A stretch of 63,184 bases of DNA, filler included, from Reticulomyxa filosa (taxonomy: Eukaryota > Protista > Foraminifera), in assembly GCA_000512085.1 (NCBI GenBank). It is 22 parts of 22 records of this genome, joined end to end, with 100 filler letters (N's around TTAATTAATTAA, not from the genome) between each part and the next. Parts side by side here need not be neighbours in the genome. Positions count along the whole stretch, not along the records: positions 25,479 to 29,902 come from ASPP01006859.1; positions 30,003 to 31,188 come from ASPP01049169.1; positions 31,289 to 35,270 come from ASPP01021951.1; positions 35,371 to 36,383 come from ASPP01050372.1; positions 36,484 to 42,863 come from ASPP01023525.1; 17 more parts are not named here. One strand, 5' to 3'. The notes below the pieces were generated by a model, which searched no databases, had not been told where the DNA came from, and was given only the letters and a program-made list of their open reading frames with translations. Shown here piece after piece: positions 25,577-37,492 of the stretch. Within the stretch, counting starts at the first letter, position 1. Every line of letters starts with the position of its first letter. Made by a program: the position numbers and the translations under genes.

Positions 25577-27258
25577 TTGACAGAAGTGGAAGAGCCGTCG
25601 ATAGACTCATCAACGCAAGACCACACGAAGAAAAAAGGGGACAGCCCCCCGTCGACGAGTCACGACGGATATCAAGAGATCAAGGACAGCGAAGACACAG
25701 ACGATATGACGGCAGAGGACAGAGAGAGTAGCGCTAGTGCGTGGATGCGAGTGATAAAAAAGAAGATTAATCCATGGCAGTCGCAAGGAGACAAGAAGAA
25801 AAATAATAATAATAATAAAAATTCAAATGATAAAAAAGAAGAAATAGAAAAGGGAGTATACGTAGCAATGGCAAACGAAAGCAAAACGGACATAAGAGTA
25901 CCTCCATTGGAGCTTCCAGCTGTTGAGTTCGATCCAAATGTGGAGTTGTGGGCGTTTGGAATAACCAGTTTAATTGGGTCATTTTTCTCGTCGCAAATCG
26001 TGTCGGGAAGTTTCAGTCGCTGTGCACTGAATTATGAAATGGAAGCGTATACGCAAGTGTCGGGCGTTGTCCAAGGAATCGTATGTCTGCTTTGTCTGAC
26101 ATTGGTCAGCTCTCTGCTCAAAGACTTGCCACAATGTGTGCTCTCTGCTGTCGTCATCGTTAGCGTATACAGTTTGCTTGTCAATGGCATCGCCGAGTTT
26201 CGCTTCTTGTGGAAAGTTCGACGCCACGAGTTATGGGAGTTCCTCGTCGCCGTCACTGCGCCTTTGCTGGTTGGACTCGAAATCGGAATCGGAATTGGCG
26301 TGGCCAGCAGCATCTTATTGCAGTTCTGGAACACTGCTCAAGCCGAAATCGTCGAACTGGGCGCTCTCATTTTGACCGACTCGGACAAATCCAATCCTCC
26401 TGATCCCTCTTCCCTTCATACTCAAATCACTTATGTCGATATTCGACGCTTTCCTCATGCCCAAGCTTCTCGGGACATTCCTATCTTAGAATTGAGAGCA
26501 GAGCTATCTTTTATTAACTATGAGTTATTTTTATATACAATATACATATATATATATATGCATATATGCATATATATATATGTATATTGTTTATATTTGT
26601 ATATGTATATATATATGCATATATAAAGGTTAAACAAACAAGTAAATAGAAACGATTCAAAAAAAAAAAAAAAAAAGGCGACTATTACACGTATTGGAAG
26701 AGAAAATTAAAAAAAGTGCTATTGTATTGTTTTGTCATTAGCACAAACTTCCCATGTTGACACTACCGCTCTGCGCAATTTAACCACTTTTTTAATAGAT
26801 CATTCCTCAATTTATGTCGCTTTTGCACAGTGTCGAGGTTTGGTGTGTACATGTTTTTTTTTTGTTCATAATGATTCCACTAACAAAATGCAATACAACA
26901 CACACATGCATAAAAAGGGCGAGTTCGTGATGTTTTAGCACGTATACACAGCGAAGGACATTTTGGCGTTGGCAAATCCAATTTGTTTATGACCATTTAT
27001 GACGCGGTGTTACATTGTGAGACTGTTGTCAATAAAAAGAAAGAAGAACAGGCAGCTCACAACTACTCTGTCTTTGGGGCCAACAAGAAAGAGGACACTA
27101 TTGCCTATGATATGACTGCAAATGGTTCTCTCACTCAAGACAGTATGCATCATGAAACAGATCAACTGTTGATTGAAAAGAAAGCTGTACCCCTTGTTGA
27201 TGTACGGCTCGCATATGCCACTTTTACCCCTCAAACTCATTCGGATGAAGATAAATAA
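25577..27258 (+). CDS. SLC26/SulP anion transporter, C-terminal half with STAS domain
   Basis: DPNVELWAFGITSLIGSFF, SGSFSRCALN, LPQCVLSAVVIVSV and GLEIGIGIG are present. STAS motifs are LSFINYE, LSLAQTSHVDTTAL and FMTIYDAV. Introns at ~26523-26677 and ~26838-26917. Confidence 0.88.
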
Positions 27259-27712
27259 TAGTATAAGTAAAATATTGTTGCATTGTGCTTTGTTTTATTT
27301 ATTTTTCCACTCTTTTTTTTTTTACGTAAATTAATTATCGAGCTTTTTTTTATTGTGCTCATACTTAAACAAAATAAATGAATTTGTACTTCATTTTTTT
27401 CTGTCTGCGGTCTATAATAAAATCCGATTCTTTCATTAGGTTCAAAGTTGAGGAGAGAATTAAACAAAACAGACAACAAAAAATGAACAACCACGCACGT
27501 GAAGGAATGTCAAAGCTTTTGGAGGTATTAACGTGACCAAATTTTTTACAACTCCACGAGTTTCATCTAATAAAGATGGAACTAACAAAACAAAGGAAAA
27601 AAAAACACGCATATAACAAAAGAACGCATCAAATTCAACCAAGTTTTCCTTGAACAACAGTTTTACCCACACGTATCTAACTTCGACAAAAATTGCAATA
27701 CTAATTCAAATT

Positions 27713-28757
27713 TTACAACATTGTGCAGTTGCAAGTTTGTGTCTTCTTTCCGTCACCAACGACCTCAGTATCAAGAGTTTGTTCTTTCTTTCTTAATTGT
27801 CGTACAATCTCAAAGTAGCACTCTTCGTTATTGATTTGTGCTTTTGCGCTTGCTTCAAAAAATGCTGCGCTTACTCCTTCCTTTTTCCATTGTTGCACAA
27901 GGTTTTGTCCTTGTTCCATCGACACTGTTCTGCTTTCAGCCAAATCGCATTTATTTCCTTTTTTTTTTGTTTGTGTGCGTTTTGTAAACCACTAAAAAAA
28001 AAAAAATTTTACGTATACGTTTTTTTTGTTTTTTTAAATTTTTTTTTGCAAATGGTTCGTGTGCATACATTATACATTCTCACAATATAAGGGATAAGAA
28101 GAGTAGGTACCAATTACAAATAAAAAAAAACAAACAAAAAAAAACGAACCAACTAAGACAATTGCAATTTCATTTAATTCTTCTTCTTTAATGCGGTGAA
28201 TTTTTTGGAACATTTCTTGAACTTGATTGAATGATGAAGTCCAGGTTATCGCATAAACCAACAAGAATCCTTTGGCCTCTCTGATCCATAAGTCACGCAT
28301 TGCTGCAAACTCATCCTGGCCAGCTGTGTCCAGTATGTCCAAGGTTGCTGGCACTCCGTCAATTTGTACTGTTTTGCGATACGAGTCTTCAATCTTTTTT
28401 TTTTGTTTTGTTTTAATGTCTCGGAAAAATGATCTCATAAGGATAAAGAGATTCTGATTTCTTACTAAAAAAAAAATATTTTTGTGTTTGTGGAGAAACA
28501 AAATTTTTTTCCTTGTCCCTTCCCCTCCCAAACTGTTGGATCATATTCGTCCAAAAAGTTTCCAGATATCAGACGAATGGTCAATGCAGACTTTCCAACC
28601 CCTCCTGTTATTATTCAAAGTTTTTTTGTCAATGTACTGGTTACGAAGGCTTCATACTACTTGCCAACCTTTCTAGAAACAAATAACACACGCAAAAGTT
28701 ACCTCCTCCCATCACGACCATCTTGTATTCTTTTTCGCTTCCATCTGATTTTGCCAT
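27713..28757 (-). CDS. Ras-subfamily small GTPase, four exons
   Basis: Spliced product reads [50 protein letters not shown], and ends in the CaaX box CTML. Confidence 0.93.
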
Positions 28758-29401
28758 TTTCAAATTACTTCTTTGGTGGGTACTGCGATTGTGTTTTAAA
28801 AAAAATGTTAGGGGTAATTTGCCAAAAAAACAAAAGGACAAGTAAAAAAACTAATGTGGTACACTATGAGTGCTCTAAACAGATCAATACTTTAAATTGG
28901 CTTGTATTAGTTGAATCTGCTTGCGCGTTTCTGTTTTTTTTCGTAGTTGTTAACTATGCTGTTTCGTATTATTTAAAGTTTTACTGCTATCTTTTTATTA
29001 TCCTCCAATGATGTATGTGTATACAGTGTTGTTTCCACTTAGTATTGCAATACATTATAATAGACTGCTTTGAAATGTCATCCATTTGTTTTCTTCAATT
29101 GAATACTTGTGCAATGCTTTTGTTGGAAAAAGGGTACAAGATATATCTCAAGAATATATTATAACAAATAATCAAATTTTAATGTTCCAACGACTTCTTT
29201 ATAGTAGTAAAAACACTATTAACTTTTCAAAATAGTATTGCAGACTTAATCATGCCTTTGTGTGATACAATCAATACATTAATCTTATCATAAGAAAATC
29301 ATAATTTTTATTTTCATAGTCAAATTGTGTATTTTTTTACTTTTAAAAGACGACTTTTTCATGTACTTCCCTTTTTTAAAAAATCTGAACACTTCCTAAA
29401 C

Positions 29402-29902
29402 ATGAACAATCAAATCTTTCAAACTTTGAAGGAGTTACCCATTTCACCAGAGAGATCTCAGTGCGTGCTACACAAACACGAACAAAAAGCTTGTCATTCT
29501 TATCATACAATTAAAAACGAACACAAGTTTATCTGTGAGTACACAAATGATGTTTATTTAAATGGACACTGTGTGGCGAAACTAGTAGATAACAACAAAG
29601 ACAGCAATCAAATTATTTTGCTGTCTTTTGGTGGACAATTTTCGAGAAGGCATACATTGATAATGAAATATGTAAATGTTTGGAGTAATATACTAAACAA
29701 TTCAAACAATTACAATGAATGGGTTCCTTTTACAGACAATCAAAATCACTTAAATATCACTGGAAGGTATCAAGATAATTATTATGGAGTGCGCACAGTG
29801 ATTGGTAGAAGCAATAATAATTTGCTATTTATCATTTATAGAAATAATAATATTATTGTATTTGATTTAAATACATTTCAATTTATTAAACACTTTACAA
29901 CT
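29402..29902 (+). CDS. Kelch-like repeat protein of a lineage-expanded family (truncated, possibly degenerate)
   Basis: FQTLKELP..SQCVLHKHE, CHSYHTIKNEHKFIC, GHCVAKL, LLSFGG, WVPF and IIVFDLNTFQF. The expected GG of the first blade is missing. Confidence 0.55.
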
Positions 29903-30229
29903 NNNNNNNNNNNNNNNNNNNNNNNNNNNNNNNNNNNNNNNNNNNNTTAATTAATTAANNNNNNNNNNNNNNNNNNNNNNNNNNNNNNNNNNNNNNNNNN
30001 NNAAAAATAAAAAAATAAAACACTTAAATGGTTTATTCTTTTTCAATTATTTATATTCATCAAAATTTATCTCCACCAATATGTCCCAATATCATTATAT
30101 CCACATATTCCTTTTTCCAAGCCCTTTTTTTAATATTGCACATATACATCTGCTATATCCCTTTATCATTTTTTAATAACCACATTACAACCCTATTTCT
30201 TTTATATATATATATATTTTTAACCTAAA

Positions 30230-30575
30230 TACACACAATTCAATCCAAACAAAATATTATAATACACAATTCAACATACAGCAAAAAACTCGCTACAATC
30301 CAACCCAACACAAGACAACAAATCACAACTCAACCCATCACAATCCAACACATCATAACTCAATACATCACAACGAAAACCCAACAAGACTTAACTCCAA
30401 CATAACTCAACCCGATCAAACTTAACTCCAAAACAATTCAACAAAATACAACTTAACTCCAACACAACCCAATCCAACACAATCTAACTCAAAACAATAT
30501 AACCCAAAACAATTCAATCCAACACAATTTATAATCAAATACAATAAAACTCCAACATAATTCAATCCAGCAAAC
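30230..30575. repeat. Degenerate 5-bp-period CAANN minisatellite
   Basis: Units caatt, caatc, caacc, caaca, caact, taact, caata recur in phase for ~350 nt. The plus strand is almost free of G. Confidence 0.75.
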
Positions 30576-30589
30576 AATAAAACTTAAAA

Positions 30590-31188
30590 TCAATTATTTT
30601 TCCTTCTTTTATTAAAATAAAATAAATTTTTTAATATTGAAGGAATTAATAATCCAAAACCAATTAAAAACCCAATACTAATATTTAACACAATACTTTT
30701 ATCAATTAAATAATAATTATATTCTTGATATGCCAATAATAAATTGTCTACAATTTTATTTATTAATGGCATACCATAAAATATAACAAAGCAAATTGAT
30801 ATTAATATTAATAATATAGATATCCAATTTACTATAAATTCTAAAACTGACTTATCTTGGACTTGTTCTTGCTGTTTCATTTCAGGTCTTTGTCTTGTAA
30901 AATACTCCATTTGTCCTATAAATTTCATATTTCTTTTTTCATAATATGCGAGTTCATTTCTTACTTTTGCAGCACCATCATAAAATGAAATTAAACTATT
31001 ATCATCTTGTAATATGCCTATTTGTTCTTCTTATGTAAATATAACAACAAAACAATTCATATATATATATATACATATGTATATAGTTATTATAAAATAT
31101 AAATTATTAAAATACCTTTACGACAATGTAATTCCATTCTTTCTTGTAATGCTTGTTGTCTGATTAATGGAATTTGCATTGTCGTAAT
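30590..31188 (-). CDS. 3' exons of an unknown protein with two C-terminal transmembrane helices
   Basis: ORF ends with WISILLILISICFVIFYG and LNISIGFLIGFGLLIP followed by a basic tail. An upstream exon lies at ~31118-31188. Confidence 0.45.
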
Positions 31189-31415
31189 NNNNNNNNNNNN
31201 NNNNNNNNNNNNNNNNNNNNNNNNNNNNNNNNTTAATTAATTAANNNNNNNNNNNNNNNNNNNNNNNNNNNNNNNNNNNNNNNNNNNNTAATAATAAAAA
31301 TGAAATAAATTGGGTGTCACCCAATCAAAAAAAAAAAAAAATAGAGTAAAGACTTGAAAGACAGAAGCGAACTGTTAATTCGTGAACGTGATGAAATAAA
31401 AAAACAACGAGAAAA

Positions 31416-32171
31416 TTGGCAGCAGATGGTAGACGAGCAAAAGCAAAGATCGGAAGCCTTCGTAAGCAACAGGATGAGGTGGAGGCACGACACAAAGAAA
31501 TCCTAGAGCTGCACCGCAGTATAACAGAAGAGCGACACAAATTGCACGAAGAGAAGAAAAGGTTTTTGAAAGAGCGAAAAAAATGGGAAAAACAAAAAAA
31601 GCACACCTTCAGATACAGTGCGGAAAATATCCAATTAATGTCGCAATCACAACAGTTGGCAGCCCCTGTGGGATCAATGACATCCATCACGTCCGCAGCT
31701 CTTTATGGCAATGGCAATATCAGTGTCAATCTCAGTGGCAATCTGAATAGTAATGGCAATAATAATATCAATAATGCCAATATCATTGCCAATGGCAATC
31801 TGCTCTCGACTGTCCCAACTACAATTACATTGAAACCAGTTTCAAGTCTCAGCCGACTCGGACAATCCTCCGCATCGTCCGTCACTCAGACGTATCCGAC
31901 TTTACATCCACTGTCCATGATGGGTGGATCTTTGAAAGACACTCGCGCTATGGCCAACTCCATGACCACTCGTCCTTTGAAACGTCTTAGCGGAGGAGAT
32001 CTGGCCTCCGATTATGCCGAAAGTGAATGCGCCGACACTATTATCAGCGACGCAGTCACCGACTTGGAGTCACTCAATAGTCTCAGCGATGAAGAACACG
32101 AAATCGATGATGTCGACAATGTAAAAAGCAAAATCCAATTTCTGCAATTACCTGTTAATGAGTATGAATAA
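31416..32171 (+). CDS. 3' part of a coiled-coil / Ser-Asn-rich protein of unknown function
   Basis: 251-aa ORF with a charged coiled coil followed by a low-complexity region. Confidence 0.5.
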   Translation: MAADGRRAKAKIGSLRKQQDEVEARHKEILELHRSITEERHKLHEEKKRFLKERKKWEKQKKHTFRYSAENIQLMSQSQQLAAPVGSMTSITSAALYGNGNISVNLSGNLNSNGNNNINNANIIANGNLLSTVPTTITLKPVSSLSRLGQSSASSVTQTYPTLHPLSMMGGSLKDTRAMANSMTTRPLKRLSGGDLASDYAESECADTIISDAVTDLESLNSLSDEEHEIDDVDNVKSKIQFLQLPVNEYE

Positions 32172-32835
32172 AATATAAGTTCGTTGTGCAGATGAACCAT
32201 TTCAAACTTTTTTTTTTGTTATCAATTATTTATCAGTTGTCTTTAGTATTGGAATTATTTCTTACTGTGTGTGCGTGTGTGTGTTTTTGTTGTACGGGCA
32301 AATTGCTACTATCCTAATATGTAGTTGCGGTTCTTGGAAAATCTTGTTAATTATTGTGGGCTTGTGTGTGTGTGTGTTTGTAAGGTACACATTGGAGTGT
32401 AGAGCTTTTGTTATTAGAATTATGGACATCAAAAGAACACCATACACAATAATGTAAGTGTTATCACCCCTTTTCTTCTGTTTAATTTGTACGAGTTGCC
32501 ATTTCTGTTTTGTTTGATTTTTTTTTTGTCTGTTGTTTTCTTCTTTTTTTTTCCATTTGGTTTTTCAATGGCACATACGACGGAAAAATGTGCAAAGAAC
32601 ATTCATTCTATATACATTAGCCTTATCTGCTTTGTCTTCATTCCTATTCAAAGAAAAAATAACAATAAATACTCTAAACCTAATCAACAAGACAACATGA
32701 AGCTTATTGAAAATATTGGATGTTTTTGTAAAAGTATTAATCAACCCTGTTTCGTTTCTTGATTGACAACGTCAAGAGCTACTTTTTCCTTCGAAAGGAT
32801 TTTTCCTCCTTTCCCTCGTAGGATAATTGGCAAAA

Positions 32836-34141
32836 ATGAATTTTAACGGAAGTGCATTCGTGAAAATAGCTTCCACGTGTATAGGCGTCTTTGATGGTAT
32901 ATTTGTCGTTTTCGTTTTGTGGCATATTTATACCGAATTACGTTTTAAGTCAAACGCCAGTAGTGTTTCAAAAAGCAAATGTTTACTCTGCACTAAACCG
33001 AGATATGTAACGCTGTATTTTCTACTGTCCGCCTTGGCATATGGAACATTAGCATTTGTCGCTACCCTACACTTAGTATCCGAGTTTTGTCTTTTTTTCT
33101 TAAAACAAAAAATAAATAAAAAGGGCTACCAAAGTTTTTTGTTTTGTTTGTTCTCTCCACTCTTTGTGCTTGAACCTTTTTTATTTGTCAGATGTAAAGC
33201 ATATCTAGTAGCCTTACAAACCTGTTTCCTACTGAACCGATATTTCCTTTTTGTTATATTGATGAAAAGGCTGAAGGTTTGAGACGTTTGTCAGAGGGAG
33301 AAAGGGAGTGGTAGGTACATTTTTTTGGAAGAACGAAAGGGAGGGGGGAATTGAAAAAAATCCTTTTTTTATTCAAAATTTTGTTCCGATGATAGGCATT
33401 GATTTTTTTTTTATTGATGTCCTCCCTTCTTTGATAATAACAACAATAAAGACAGTATACAAAAATACTGCTTATGCAAAAAGTTATAAACTGCTTGTGG
33501 GCATCAACTGGGTAGTGGTATCAGTTTGGCTAGTTGCAGGTTTAGTAGTATCTTACCGTCAAGTTGCCAGTGCTTACCTTGACTCAGAATCGCACGTGTG
33601 CTTCTCCAAACTCACAGAATTAGATAATTCCGTTTTATTTTTTATGTCCATAATTGATCTGTACGTCGAATTTACGTGTTGCTACATGTTTGTCCGGCCA
33701 TTGCGAGATTTACGTGAACATTGCCACAGGTTTTTTTTTGTTCCTTGCATAATTTTTTTTTTCATTATCGTTAGTATACGTTGGATGATCACGGTTTTGT
33801 TTTTTTTGAAATAATAATTTAAAACATTGGAAAGTGTTCAACTACCAAGTGAAGAACGCAAATTATTAAATTTGATGGTAAAATATTGCGTGCTAACGTT
33901 GTTTACGGCAACCGCGTTACTCACTACGGTTTTGCTAGTGTTTGCCACTAGCAGCGGTATATTTGTGTTTGTTACCTACTTTAGTGATGGTGCTTGCGTG
34001 TTATTAATGTCAAAGCAGCACGATAAAATATTCAAGAAACTGTGCTGTGGATGTCGCCAGTGTGTGCTGTTCGTTGCTCAGCGCCAATTAGAGGAATCTA
34101 GTGTAAAAACACATCCGTCAGCCAATGACGTGGAATTGTGA
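32836..34141 (+). CDS. Seven-transmembrane GPCR-like receptor, four exons
   Basis: Splicing at ~33084-33191, ~33277-33450 and ~33730-33834 gives seven hydrophobic helices. There is a Cys at the top of TM3 (ECKAY), a Cys in ECL2 (HVCF), and an amphipathic helix 8 followed by CCGC. Confidence 0.7.
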
Positions 34142-35765
34142 CAATTGCATGCCCTTCCAGAACAATCAAACCCTAGTCCTATAATTTTTAGGACATTAAA
34201 GTAATAATATGTACTAACATTAAATAATACTTATTCATGCTAATAATCAAAATCAATTAAAATAGTGGAGTTGTGAATTGAGTGCAATTTTTAATTTTTT
34301 TTTTGTCTGTTTTTCTGTTTAATCCCCTTTTCACAGAGCTTGAAATATTTTCCATTTTGGGTGGGAAATACAAATCCTTTTTGTTATTACAAAATATGGT
34401 AATAAAGTTGGTATTTTTTGTCTTTTGTTAGAGGTTTTGAAAATAGTTCGTTGCTGAAATTGAATGTACATTTTTTCAATTGTATATTTGAACGGAAAAA
34501 ATTGATTTTAAAAAGATGACTAACTTTTAAAAACGTTTCACTTTTCCAAAACTTTCTTGTTTTCTTTTGTATTATTTCCTTATTTAATTTGTTTTATTTT
34601 ACTGAGAAACGTATTTCAGAACGTAATTCCTTTCATTCTCATTCAATCTTCTCCTCGATATCATTACTCAAAAAGTGGCAAGTTTTTTTATGGTTTTACA
34701 AACATTACAAGCTATTCACAAATAGTATAAAATTCTTTTAGCAACTTTCTTGGCTGTTTTCATAATTTATCTACAAATATCAATTACAATATATAGAATA
34801 ATGCGTTATTACTCTTATATGACAAAATACTGCAAAATATTTACTGTATTTGTCATATCCTTTGCATTTTCATAAACATTAAAAAAAGTTTCTTATTTTA
34901 TGTTATTTAATAAATATACTTATCACGTCAGCACAAACTAATGTTCAGCGAAAAACATTATGTATAATTTGGACTTTTTCTACATAGATTCTATGTATAA
35001 TAAACGACAGTAATCCAATTAAGATTAATTTTTGTTTTTTCTTTTCTGAAAACAATAATAAACTAATGATTCAAATTTAATATAGTAAGTGAAGTATATA
35101 AACTGCAACTATTTATGTTTATGCTAATCAATAATGCGAAAAGAAAACTAATATATGCAAGTTTCAATTATCATCTAAATTTTTTCATAATTTCATAAAG
35201 TTTTCTGTTTTGTGCTTTGATCAGTTGTATGATATCGTTCAAAATTTTTTTCATTGATCAATTGTTTTGCNNNNNNNNNNNNNNNNNNNNNNNNNNNNNN
35301 NNNNNNNNNNNNNNTTAATTAATTAANNNNNNNNNNNNNNNNNNNNNNNNNNNNNNNNNNNNNNNNNNNNTTCCAAAACAAAAGGTAAAGATTTTTTATG
35401 TAACTTATAGAAACAAAAGCATCTGTTCATGAGAGGAATGGAACTCAACAATAAAAACAAAGACCCCTTTTTTTTTCTCTTTCACTAGTGACTTTAAAAA
35501 GAAAAGTAAAATTAAATTGGTATCTTTTTTAGTTTGTAATTTGTTGATTTCTTGAAAAAATTAGACATATTTGAGTGCATCTTAACAGTTGATTCCTGTC
35601 TTCCTTTTCATGGCTCCTGTTAAAGCTTTTGAATCAAACCAAGAAAATAAAAATAAACAATTCAGAGTTTCAAAACTGTCTTGTTGGACGTAACAACGAA
35701 CGACAAAAAGGAGTTGTACGCAGAAAAAGTTTTAAAGAAAGACTAAATTAAGTTAGTAAGAAAAC

Positions 35766-36328
35766 ATGACTTGGTTCTTGAATTTCTTTTGGTTGACCGT
35801 CATTTGCAGTTGGTGGACTCATTTTTGCAGTTTCCTTTAAAAACTTACATTATTCCTTTTCTTTTTTTTTTTTTTTTGTTCGGACTTGTCGTAAATAAAT
35901 GGAAAAAAAAAAAAAAAAAAAAATAGTGAGCCAAACATCAAATTTATCTGAGTCTGAGATGAATGCATTATTATGCTTTTACGATGCAATTCAAGGATTA
36001 AAATGGAACATGTCAACAAATGACGGATGTTCACTTGAAGGAGTGACTTGTGATTCCGAAAATGGACAGTCTACGGTCACTAAAATTATCCTAACCGAGC
36101 AATCCCTGCTTGGAACAATACCTGCATGTGTAGCAAATCTCACCAATTTACAACAATTGAGCCTGATGGAAAATTTTCTGGACGGTTCTATTCCCCCTGA
36201 AATTTGGTACACTTTTTTTGGAGAAAAAAAGTCTTTCCAAAAAAAAACTAGACTTTTTTTTTTTTTTTTTTTTGCACAATAATAGTCAACTTTCAAAACT
36301 GAGATCATTGGAATTAGATTACAATAAG
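35766..36328 (+). CDS. Secreted or receptor LRR protein with a plant-type LRRNT cap (5' part only)
   Basis: A signal-like exon MTWFLNFFWLTVICSW is spliced through intron 35830-35926 to SEMNALLCFY..W..C..EGVTCD. LRRs follow: LLGTIPACVANLTNLQQLSLMENFLDGSIPPEI. Confidence 0.8.
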
Positions 36329-36344
36329 TTTTCCTCTTTTTTCA

Positions 36345-36383
<39 letters not shown>

Positions 36384-36483
36384 NNNNNNNNNNNNNNNNN
36401 NNNNNNNNNNNNNNNNNNNNNNNNNNNTTAATTAATTAANNNNNNNNNNNNNNNNNNNNNNNNNNNNNNNNNNNNNNNNNNNN

Positions 36484-37248
36484 AGGTTGAGGTTGAGGTT
36501 GAGGTTGAGATTGTGATTGAGAATGCTCTTGTTGTTGACTTTGACTTTGATCTTGATTTTGTGGCTCAGCTTGGACTTGTGATGCGCTTTGTTCAGCTTC
36601 TAATTCGGGTGGTTGTACGGAGAGCTGTGGTGCGTCTGCGGCAGCCTGCGATATTTGGAAGAGCATTTCCTGGTAGTCGTAAAACACGGACGCGTGCTTG
36701 CGGGTGTGCAAATGGGCCTCGCATTGCTGACGGGTTTTGAAATTCTTTTTGCACAGCTTGCAATGATATTTCAGAAAATTCGTCGGAAGTGCTCGTCTTG
36801 GGGGTGGCAATTTCCCTGCTGGCATCGTTGACACATTCTCTGGGATTGGGCGAGAGAGAGGTTTTCGCGTCAACTCATAGCTTTTTGGGTCATCTTTTTT
36901 TTTTTTTTTGACTGTTGCAACATTTGAACCTTCACCTCCCCCCCCTTTTTTTGTATTATTCATTTGCTCCCCTCTTCTGACTCAAAAAAAAAATTTTTTT
37001 TACATACCAAATTGATAGTTTTTTTTTGCATAGCGGTAGGTTTGGCTCGCTTGATCTACAAGTCTTTTGTTCACTAGTGCATTCACTTTGCTTTCAAACA
37101 ATTGTTGTGCAATTGGTTGTAAACCGGCGCATTTGCGCTTCACGTTGTACCGATGCCATTCTGAACGATAGTGCTCTGTTCGGAAATTCCATGGAAAATC
37201 CACCAAACACGAGGTGCATTTTAACGTTGAATCATTATTACCTGACAT
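36484..37248 (-). CDS. REI1: REI1/ZNF622-like C2H2 zinc-finger 60S maturation factor (5' part)
   Basis: CTSCLVDF..HYRSEWHRYNVKRKCAGLQPI, and a second finger YHCKLCKKNFKTRQQCEAHLHTRKH. Confidence 0.88.
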
Positions 37249-37492
37249 ATTTAAAAAAATACTGACGGAAATTGAATTTTCTCGGAAGGCTTCAAAAACT
37301 TTGGGCCGCCTTTAACGTGACCCCTTATTCCTACACTTTTTTTTGACTGGTGAGGAGATGAAATGAAAGCGTATTTGAATTGTCGCTTTTGCTGGCACAG
37401 ATGATACAGGTAAGTACTGTTCCCGAAGAGTGTGTAGCTTTTTTTGGACTTTGCCAAGGAAGAAGTGAACTTTTATATATATATAAAAATTC
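37249..37492. promoter_or_regulatory. Putative bidirectional promoter between REI1-like and ankyrin genes
   Basis: Only 244 nt separate two divergent ATGs. A TA-run lies at ~37473-37489 and a GGGCCGCC element at ~37303. Confidence 0.4.
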
